This document shows, in pieces, positions 57,296 through 64,000 of a stretch of DNA of 64,000 nucleotides (within the stretch, counting starts at the first letter, position 1; each line of letters begins with the position of its first letter). The position numbers and the translations under genes were made by a program. The stretch covers positions 2,176-66,175 of the forward strand of contig JACQWK010000178.1 in NCBI GenBank assembly GCA_016209525.1, written 5' to 3'. The notes under the pieces are model-generated. The model was not told the DNA's origin and did no database searches. It saw only the letters and a list, made by a program, of their open reading frames with translations. Origin of the DNA: Verrucomicrobiota bacterium. Lineage in GTDB: Bacteria; Verrucomicrobiota; Verrucomicrobiia; Limisphaerales; SIBE01.

Positions 57296-57540
57296 TCAAA
57301 GCGCCCTTGGCAGAAGTGAAAGACACGCTTTCCGATTACGTGACGAAAACGGCGAAAGACGAAGTCCTCATCACCCGGCACGGCAAGCCGGCGGCCATCC
57401 TGATTGGCTTCGCTGACGAAGACGACTGGCTCGACTATCGGCTTGAGCACGACGAGCCTTTCCTCAAGCGGATTGAAAAGTCGCGCCGGCAACCCCGCGG
57501 TAGGGCGTTCGTCCACTTGGAGGAATTGCCAGCGAAATGA
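57292..57540 (+). CDS. Phd/YefM-family antitoxin with no adjacent cognate toxin
   Basis: 'LAEVKDTLSDYVTKTAKDEVLITRHGKPAAILI'. Its ATG overlaps the HEPN stop (ATGA). Confidence 0.8.
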   Translation: MIKAPLAEVKDTLSDYVTKTAKDEVLITRHGKPAAILIGFADEDDWLDYRLEHDEPFLKRIEKSRRQPRGRAFVHLEELPAK

Positions 57541-57556
57541 CCGCGACCAGACAGAG

Positions 57557-58699
57557 TTGAAAACGAGTAGCACAAACGGATGGTCGTTTGCCGGTGTTGC
57601 GGTTAAGCCAGCCCCAGCGCGGTGGAGACAGCCTTGCGCAAACACGGAGTGCTCGCTGCACCAGTTGTCGCCGTACATCGGCAAGATCAAGAGCGCTATT
57701 GCCGGCGAGTTGGTCGAGCGGTTCTCGAAACCAGGCGATTTGGTTGTGGACCCTTTCGCCGGAGCGGGAACGATTCCCTTTGAGGCTGCCTTGCGAGGCC
57801 GGCGAGCCTTGGCCGCTGACATCAGTCCGTACGCGCGGATTCTCTCGAAAGCCAAATTGTCAGCGCCCCGTTCCTTGGGTGCTGCCTTGTGTCTCGCTGA
57901 ACGAGCCTTGGAGGAAGCAGCCCGCCTTCCCAAACCCGATTTGCGTGAGGTTCCGCCGTGGGTTCGACGGTTTTATCATCCCGAAACGCTCCGCGAGGTG
58001 TTGAATCTCGCGTCGGTCTGTCGTCAGCCCGGGAACGAGTTCCTGATGGCCTGTCTGCTCGGCATTCTGCATCACCAGCGCCCCGGGTTCCTATCGTACC
58101 CCAGCAGCCATTTGGTGCCGTACCTCCGCGACCGGAAATATCCGCGGCACAAATTCCCGGAGATGTATGCTTACCGGCATCTGAAACCGCGCCTCCTCGC
58201 CAAGGTCAAGCGCAGCTACAAGCGCTTCGCGCGCCCTCGTGGGTCCGCGGTCGCTGAATTCAAACAGACCGCCGTGCAGAACCTGGAGTTGCCTGCCCGT
58301 TTTGGCGCCCTGATTACGAGCCCGCCGTACATGAACGCTTTGGACTACGGCAGGGACAATCGCCTGCGCTTGTGGTTCATTGACCCGAGCCTCGTGGACG
58401 AGGTTGACAACGACGTGACGCAGCGACGGCAGGCTTTCATCGACGCCATCACCAGCCTGGCGTCGATAGTGGAACGAGGGCTGGGGCGGAACGGCTATTG
58501 TGTTTTCGTGGTCGGCGAAGAGTTCAAGCGCAGCTTTGATGCCCACCCTTCCGACGCCGTTGTGCGCATCATGCGCGAGCAGGCTCCGTCGCTGCGGTTG
58601 AAGACGGTGATGGCCGACGAAATTCCCGACGTGCGCCGGACACGCCGCGAATGCAAAGGCGTGAAGACGGAACACTTCCTTGTTTTCCAGAGGAATTGA
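57557..58699 (+). CDS. DNA methyltransferase (motif I then SPPY), paralogue of 38504-39856
   Basis: 'LVVDPFAGAGT', 'LITSPPYMNALDY'; C-terminus 'EHFLVFQRN' parallels 'EDILVFRR' of the other enzyme. The start is uncertain: the TTG at 57557 is the first in-frame start after the Phd stop. Confidence 0.8.
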   Translation: MKTSSTNGWSFAGVAVKPAPARWRQPCANTECSLHQLSPYIGKIKSAIAGELVERFSKPGDLVVDPFAGAGTIPFEAALRGRRALAADISPYARILSKAKLSAPRSLGAALCLAERALEEAARLPKPDLREVPPWVRRFYHPETLREVLNLASVCRQPGNEFLMACLLGILHHQRPGFLSYPSSHLVPYLRDRKYPRHKFPEMYAYRHLKPRLLAKVKRSYKRFARPRGSAVAEFKQTAVQNLELPARFGALITSPPYMNALDYGRDNRLRLWFIDPSLVDEVDNDVTQRRQAFIDAITSLASIVERGLGRNGYCVFVVGEEFKRSFDAHPSDAVVRIMREQAPSLRLKTVMADEIPDVRRTRRECKGVKTEHFLVFQRN

Positions 58700-58700
58700 G

Positions 58701-61211
58701 ATGGACAAAGCCGACTTCACTCCCGAACGGTACTTGGGACTTTCGCCCAACCAAGACTACATCCTCACTGAGTACATCGGCGAGGGGAAGATCGGGATGG
58801 TGTTCCGTGCCAAAAGCGAGCGGACAGGGCTCTCGCTGGCCTGCAAGGTGATACGCGAAGGCGGTTTGAAGGAGGGCTGGGAGAGAGAGTTGGAGAAGGT
58901 TCGGAAACTTCAAGGGGTGCCGCACGTCGTCGAGTATCGTGACCATGGCTCAAACTTTGACCGCGAGCAGAGGCCGTACTACTGGGTGTTTTTCGACTTC
59001 ATCGATGGGAGGAACCTCCGGACATTGCTTGCCAATCCCGGCTTCACCCTCACGATGTCGTTTGTCGAAAGTGTTCTCCGTGCAGTATTGGGGGTGCTCC
59101 ATGCCTGTGCGATTGAGGGAATCAGCCACGGCGATCTCCACGCTGGGAACATCCTCGTCAAAAGGCCCGACCGTCGGATACTCAACAGCAAGCGGACGGT
59201 TTACGTGTCGGACTTTGGTTATGGCGGCTCTCACAACGACGTGAAGCCCAAAAACGACTTCTTGGAACTCGCCGTCATAATTCAGGGCCTCCTCGCCCAC
59301 CTTCCTCCCAGCGAACTGAATTCTCGCGACAAGAACCTGCGAGCGTTGTTGGTCGAGTTCGCACGGAAACGAATCCGGGATGTCGGGCGCACGCCGGGTG
59401 TGACAGTTGAGAAAATCTTTACCGAGCTTGAGGAGCTTTGCCGAAAGGCGGAGCGGCAGTCGGCGACTGGCGCCGGGGAGGACGACGACCAGAACAAGAA
59501 ACCTACGGACTACCTGTGGGCGGAAGCTCTCGGCACTCGCATTCAAGAGTGGAAAAACCTGTTTGTCCCGAACTTTCTTGCAGCCAACGACCTTCTGGCG
59601 AAGACGACAACCGTGCTCACCGGAGCTCGTGGATGTGGGAAGACGATGTCTTTCCGCAGGCTGACAAAATTGATGGATGCCATCATCGGCGAATCTTCCG
59701 GTGTTTCCGGCGCCGGTACGTTTGTTGGATTCTATCTGAACTGCCGCGATCTGACAGACGCGTTTCCTTGGATTCCCAATGAGTTGAAGGCCCAAGCTGA
59801 ACGCCAGGTCATCCACTTCTTTCACCTCGCTTGGCTGGCCGAGATTCTCAAAACCCTCGCATATGCGGACCAAGACGAAGCTGCGGATTACCGATGGTTG
59901 GAAAACTGGTTTGGTTCGCTCTACGGAGAACATTTTGCAAGAACTTCAGCCGGAGAGAAGGTGCTTGCTCACGTTCGATCATTTGTCGAAGCGGAAAAAG
60001 AGCGGTCTCGGATCACGCCCTTGGGAAAAGAGGACGGAACAGCTTGGCCGCTGGCGCGAACGGATCTACTGGATAGCTTCTTTCGGGAGACGGCTCTGCA
60101 CCTCGCTTGGCTGGCATCGTCGCCGGTGTTCCTGTTCTTGGATGACTACACTATTCCGCTCGTTCCACGGTCGATCCAACTCGCCCTAAACCCGATTATT
60201 TTCCGACGACGTAGCGACCTGTTTTTCAAGGTGTCCACTGAAGCAGCCAATAGTTTCGTCGCAAGCGGACCGCGCAAGAAACCGCTGGAACTGCACCATG
60301 ATTTCGTCCTGCTGGATCTGGCCACCGAAAGCTTGCACCAGAAAGAGGCCGAGAAAGAGGGTTTGCTCGACAGCATCTTTCGGCCACGAATCAAGAGGCA
60401 CACACTGTTCGCGGCATCGGAGTTTGGCTTAGAAGACATGCTTGGCAAGACACCGTACGACAACAACGGACTTGCGTGGCAGATGCGACGAGGTCTTGGT
60501 AGCGAGGAAAAGCAGAGGGTTTGCTACCACGGCAAAAGTGTCTTCGTGGGGTTGTGGACCAGCGACATCCGCACGATGGTTGAGATGTTTAACGACATGC
60601 TGCGTGAAGCCAATGGACGCATCACCGCCGAAAACCCGATCATTCCCAAGGAAACTCAGGACCGATGCATCCGTAACCAAGGAGGGGAAATGATGACTTT
60701 CACGCAGTCCATTCGCGACTACGAGTTGTGCAAACAGACCAAACGCGAGAAGGGGCGAGCGGAGAAGTTTGGGAACCACCTGAAGTCCATCGTGGAAGCC
60801 TTCATCGGCGTCGCTCGGTACGAACTTCTCGAAGGCCCGCCGCTGAGCAACCAAGGCCGCGAGAATCCGCGCCAAGCCTTTCGGATCGAGGTGGTGGACA
60901 GTTTTGAACCGGATCGGAGAGTCAGGGGCTACTTGGAAGGGCTCGTACGCTACCACATTTTCCTGCAGGATTGGCGAGGAAAGAGCCAACGTGGAATGCT
61001 CACGCCACGGCTGTACCTCAACCGGATGTTTCTTCCGTACGGCGGCTTGACGCTCTCAAGCCACGATCACATTCAGTTGACGAACTGCGAACTGATGCAA
61101 CTCCTGGAGTGGCCCACACGCTTTCTTGATTACTGGAAGCGCAAACGCAGCCAGCAAGCTGGGCGCAAGAAACACCGGGATGGGGCAGGTCAGCAACGCC
61201 TGACGCTCTAG
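58701..61211 (+). CDS. Protein-kinase-like domain fused to a P-loop NTPase (836 aa)
   Basis: G-loop 'GEGKIGMVFRA', Lys 'ACKVI', catalytic loop 'HGDLHAGNILV', 'VSDFGYG'. Then Walker A 'LTGARGCGKTMS' and Walker B 'VFLFLDDYT'. 'AGGA' lies 6 nt before the ATG, which sits 1 nt after the MTase stop. Confidence 0.8.
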   Translation: MDKADFTPERYLGLSPNQDYILTEYIGEGKIGMVFRAKSERTGLSLACKVIREGGLKEGWERELEKVRKLQGVPHVVEYRDHGSNFDREQRPYYWVFFDFIDGRNLRTLLANPGFTLTMSFVESVLRAVLGVLHACAIEGISHGDLHAGNILVKRPDRRILNSKRTVYVSDFGYGGSHNDVKPKNDFLELAVIIQGLLAHLPPSELNSRDKNLRALLVEFARKRIRDVGRTPGVTVEKIFTELEELCRKAERQSATGAGEDDDQNKKPTDYLWAEALGTRIQEWKNLFVPNFLAANDLLAKTTTVLTGARGCGKTMSFRRLTKLMDAIIGESSGVSGAGTFVGFYLNCRDLTDAFPWIPNELKAQAERQVIHFFHLAWLAEILKTLAYADQDEAADYRWLENWFGSLYGEHFARTSAGEKVLAHVRSFVEAEKERSRITPLGKEDGTAWPLARTDLLDSFFRETALHLAWLASSPVFLFLDDYTIPLVPRSIQLALNPIIFRRRSDLFFKVSTEAANSFVASGPRKKPLELHHDFVLLDLATESLHQKEAEKEGLLDSIFRPRIKRHTLFAASEFGLEDMLGKTPYDNNGLAWQMRRGLGSEEKQRVCYHGKSVFVGLWTSDIRTMVEMFNDMLREANGRITAENPIIPKETQDRCIRNQGGEMMTFTQSIRDYELCKQTKREKGRAEKFGNHLKSIVEAFIGVARYELLEGPPLSNQGRENPRQAFRIEVVDSFEPDRRVRGYLEGLVRYHIFLQDWRGKSQRGMLTPRLYLNRMFLPYGGLTLSSHDHIQLTNCELMQLLEWPTRFLDYWKRKRSQQAGRKKHRDGAGQQRLTL

Positions 61212-61212
61212 C

Positions 61213-62301
61213 ATGAACACTCCCTCTCAACCATTTCCTCCCCTCTCGCCGGCTGAGAAGTCTATCGCGCAGCGGCGGCGTGCTTACATCGGTGCGTACG
61301 GTTTTGAAGACCGCTCCCTCGGATGGTGTTCGGCTATGGCTAAGAGCCACGAAGTCATTTCTTCGGCGTTCGTGTTCCGTTACGTGCATCCCAAAGGCCC
61401 GAATCGAATCGAAGAATTAAGGGCAGCCCTGCATCGCATTGGGGCCAGCAAGATTAAAAACATCAAGTACGACATGCTCTGTCCGCAGCCTTTGGAGGAT
61501 GCCCTGCCGACGCAGTTGTCCCTCGACGACTTCGACGAAGTGGTTGTGGACTTATCGGCGATGACGAAACTGCTCATTCTGCTTGTTCTGTGTCGACTTG
61601 AAGACTATCGCGGAAAAGTCCGAATCGTTTACTCGGAAGCGGAGGAGTACTGTCCCAGCAAAGCCGATTACGATCCGGTCAAGGGACAGATGGCAGCGAC
61701 TGCCCGGTTCCCGAGCCGTGGGGCTGAACAAATCGTCCGCCTCCGTTGCCTGAGTAGTATTCGGATGCAAGGCCAACCGGTGACGCTTGTGGCGTTCGCT
61801 TCGTTCAACGAGAAGCTGGTGGCGCACATACTGGGGTTCATCAGCCCTCATCGCCTGATCCTGATCAACGGACGGCCGCCTCGGCAGGAGTATGCGTGGC
61901 GCGAACGTGCCACCCACGACATCCACAGACGTTTTTGCCAAGAGTACGATACGGATAACCCGCTAAACGACAAAGGCCTGCTGGCGCGGGCAACCTCCAC
62001 GCTAAATTACCGTGAGACGGTGGCAGAGTTGGAAACGATCTACCGGGAGCATGGCTTGTTCGAGCGGATCATTTGCGCAGCAACCGGGAGCAAGATGCAG
62101 ACTGTCGGCTTGTTCTTCTCTAAGATCGTGCACCCCGACCTGCAGATCGAGTATCCGACGCCCGACAGCTACTACTTCAAGGATATGACCAGCGGTGTGA
62201 AGCGGGTCCATGAGGTCGTGATTGATAGCTTCGCGGGCTTCTTGGATGGACTGCGCAGTAACTCTGCTGCCGTCGCCGATCCGGTCGGTGCTGACTCCTG
62301 A
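61213..62301 (+). CDS. Hypothetical protein with two Rossmann-like repeats (CARF/SAVED-like?)
   Basis: The ATG lies 1 nt after the kinase gene stop. Duplicated loop motifs 'VVVDLSAMTKLLILL' and 'ICAATGSKMQTVGLFF' resemble the CARF 'D-x-T-G-G-T-K-x-M' loop. This is an unverified impression. Confidence 0.55.
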   Translation: MNTPSQPFPPLSPAEKSIAQRRRAYIGAYGFEDRSLGWCSAMAKSHEVISSAFVFRYVHPKGPNRIEELRAALHRIGASKIKNIKYDMLCPQPLEDALPTQLSLDDFDEVVVDLSAMTKLLILLVLCRLEDYRGKVRIVYSEAEEYCPSKADYDPVKGQMAATARFPSRGAEQIVRLRCLSSIRMQGQPVTLVAFASFNEKLVAHILGFISPHRLILINGRPPRQEYAWRERATHDIHRRFCQEYDTDNPLNDKGLLARATSTLNYRETVAELETIYREHGLFERIICAATGSKMQTVGLFFSKIVHPDLQIEYPTPDSYYFKDMTSGVKRVHEVVIDSFAGFLDGLRSNSAAVADPVGADS

Positions 62302-62361
62302 CGGAGTGTTCCGCCCTGGCAGTCACCCCCCTGCCAACGCCAGCCATCATGTTCCGCCAAG

Positions 62362-62720
62362 CTATTGATGTCGCAACGCCTCGATCGGATCGAGCCGCGC
62401 GGCTTTGCGGGCCGGGACGTAGCCGAGGACAACACCCACGGCGACGGAAAACGCCAACCGATGAGCATGATCGGCGCGTTGAAGACGAAGGGCACCTGCA
62501 ACAGTCCGGCCAGCGAGGCGGAACCAACCAAGGCCAGGACGATGCCAATCAGGCCGCCGAAGGAGGAGAGCACGACGGCCTCGCCCCGTGAGATAAGTGG
62601 GCCAGGAACGGTCGCGCCTCGGCAAAGGGTATCTCACGAGGCGAGACCAGAAACTGGAGGAGCACCTCGCGCTCGAGCGCGCCGATGGCCAGGCGGGTGC
62701 CGATCTCGCGCGGTGTTGTT
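62362..62720 (-). pseudogene. 3' remnant of a MacB/FtsX permease gene, multiply frameshifted, carrying a palindromic insertion
   Basis: Pieces 'REIGTRLAIGALEREVLLQFLV', 'VVLSSFGGLIGIVLALVGSASLAGL' and 'FSVAVGVVLGYVPARKAARLDPIEALRHQ' lie in three different frames. Confidence 0.75.
62577..62648. repeat. Palindromic insertion element, copy 1 (62 nt net)
   Basis: Arms 'ctcgccccgtgagat' and 'atctcacgaggcgag' (one mismatch) around about 33 nt. Confidence 0.8.
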
Positions 62721-62757
62721 CGTGCTCTTTGGCTGCTCACCCGCATTGCACGTGCGG

Positions 62758-63201
62758 TCACTTCGCCAGCGGGTTCCACACCTTCCGAAACCCGAAGCCT
62801 TCGTAGTCCTTCACGTTGACGGTCGCCAGCTCGGTCGCGCCTTGCGCGGTCATGGTGAGGGCGGTGCGGGCGTCGTAAAGGCGGCGGAAAGCGAAGTCCT
62901 TCCGGCGGGCCTTTTCCCAGAGGGCGTCGTGCAGCGGACTGCTCTCGACCGTGAAGCCGATGAGCCGCCAGCGCGGGTGGCGGCGGTAGGTCTGGATGAC
63001 TTCGACGGCCTCGTCCGCATCAAGCGGATGCTTGAGCACGACGGGATTGCGAAGCAGGCCTTAGAGTTCGGCGAGAATGAACTCGGAGATGGCCACGTCC
63101 TCCTCTTGCGGGATGGAGGTGAGCCAGGCGTAGGCGGCTTCGTGGCTGGGCGAATCCTCGTTGAAAGCGTGGAACAGGATGTTGGTGTCAATGGAAAGCA
63201 T
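62758..63201 (-). pseudogene. vapC: PIN-domain toxin (VapC family) with an in-frame TAA at 63061-63063
   Basis: From ATG 63201: 'MLSIDTNILFHAFNEDSPSHEAAYAWLTSIPQEEDVAISEFILAEL', then TAA, then the same frame continues 'GLLRNPVVLKHPLDADEA...TVNVKDYEGF'. Confidence 0.75.
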
Positions 63202-63207
63202 GGCGCG

Positions 63208-63477
63208 TCACTTTCTGCGGCGGTGGGCAAAGGCGGCTTCCGTGGCGGTGAGTTGCGCCTGCTCCTTGATTTCCGCCTCGCTGAGACCCTTCCAACCGAG
63301 ACGACGGGGCTTGGGCGGCTGCCATGCGCCACTCCCGCCGGGCTGGGTAGCATAAACGCTCAGAACGTATTCGAGTCCTCGCCGGGCCAGCTCGGCCAGG
63401 GAAATCTCGCGGCTCTTGCAGACCTTGCGAGCACGTTCGTAAACATCGTCGGGCAGTTGGATTTGTGTGCGCGTCAT
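63208..63477 (-). CDS. vapB: Ribbon-helix-helix antitoxin (VapB/CopG-like)
   Basis: 'MTRTQIQLPDDVYERARKVCKSREISLAELARRGLEYVL'. Ends 6 nt before the PIN gene start. Confidence 0.75.
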   Translation of the reverse strand: MTRTQIQLPDDVYERARKVCKSREISLAELARRGLEYVLSVYATQPGGSGAWQPPKPRRLGWKGLSEAEIKEQAQLTATEAAFAHRRRK

Positions 63478-63639
63478 GCCAACAGATTGCCATTGCCTTC
63501 GATGATGTCAATCCGGCGGCGAGACGATGGCAGCCCGGCTCCGTGAAGTCCTGTCAGTGCCCCCGGCCCGAGCAACGTGAGTTGCTTGTCGGTCCGCGTG
63601 CCTGCGGCGCACCTCACTCGCGAGGCGACACCTCACAGA

Positions 63640-63951
63640 CTACTCATGCCGCAGCACTTCGATGGGATCGAGCCGCGCGGCTTTGCGCGCCGGGACGTAG
63701 CCGAAGTCGACACCCACGGCGGCGGAAAAGGTAAAACCGATGAGCACGATCGGGGCGTTGAAAACGAATGGCACCGGCAATAGTCCGGCCAGCGATGCCG
63801 AAGTAACCAGGGCCAGCACAATGCCAATCAGCCCGCCGAAGGAGGAGAGCACGACGGCCTCGCCCCGTGAGATCGTTGGGCCAGCAACGGTCGCGCCTCG
63901 GCAAACGGATATCTCACGGGGCGAGACCAGAAACTGGAGGCACCCCCGCAA
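63640..63951 (-). pseudogene. Second 3' remnant of a MacB/FtsX permease gene with the same palindromic insertion, here in frame
   Basis: 'LQFLV[SPREISVCRGATVAGPTISRG]EAVVLSSFGGLIGIVLALV...YVPARKAARLDPIEVLRHE'. Similarity to permeases stops upstream of 'LQFLV'. Confidence 0.7.
63856..63928. repeat. Palindromic insertion element, copy 2 (63 nt net)
   Basis: Perfect 15-bp arms 'ctcgccccgtgagat' and 'atctcacggggcgag'. Confidence 0.85.
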
Positions 63952-64000
63952 CGTTTTTTCATCGGCCTTGTCGCCCGCCTTTCCGTCGCTTGGGCGTGCG

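Noticed and set aside
31287-63063. Stop-codon reassignment (alternative genetic code) as the explanation for the in-frame TGA, TAG and TAA.
   Set aside because: All three codons terminate many well-supported genes here, for example TGA for ptuA, the MTase at 58697 and the outer-membrane barrel, and TAG for the topoisomerase and kinase genes. Three different reassignments at once is implausible.
1-64000. tRNA, rRNA, integrase or transposase genes that could define island borders.
   Set aside because: None was recognised. No T-arm-like 'GGTTCGAATCC' context with acceptor stems was seen, and no recombinase or DDE motif occurs in any ORF. A covariance-model scan would be needed to be sure.

Overview
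High-GC (roughly 60% by eye, not computed) bacterial chromosomal fragment. I saw no rRNA, tRNA, CRISPR array, transposase or integrase. All function calls rest on motif recognition by eye; no searches were run. A PVC/Verrucomicrobia-like origin is only a guess from the repeat families.

Core content:
- a 5'-truncated type IIA topoisomerase B subunit and a ClC channel;
- three tripartite efflux sets: MacAB-like (1.8-5.3 kb), DevBCA-like (9.2-12.6 kb) and TolC-MFP-RND (49.1-55.6 kb);
- a thiol/metalloid redox cluster at 20.5-26.9 kb (ArsR, permease, thioredoxin protein, Tat C_GCAxxG/dihaem protein, CcdA, Tat flavoprotein);
- a minus-strand respiratory-type operon at 27.2-35.5 kb (Rrf2 regulator, trihaem cytochrome, Tat molybdopterin oxidoreductase, 4Fe-4S subunit, TorD-like remnant, 7-8-haem cytochrome, ~740-aa outer-membrane barrel) carrying several inactivating lesions;
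- sulfur-handling genes (CoADR-rhodanese, SQR-like, TusE/DsrC, DsrE-like).

Accessory content:
- a Septu-like ptuAB pair;
- an island at 37.8-46.7 kb with an M-R cassette and a triad of GHKL-ATPase/nuclease + PRTase + unknown protein;
- vapBC, HEPN/MNT and Phd modules;
- at 57.6-62.3 kb, a tightly coupled operon of SPPY methyltransferase + protein-kinase/P-loop NTPase fusion + tandem Rossmann (CARF-like?) protein. This is my best candidate for an undescribed defence system.

The window is saturated with several families of short palindromic repeats, several of them inserted in frame into genes. Three otherwise intact genes carry in-frame TGA, TAG and TAA codons.
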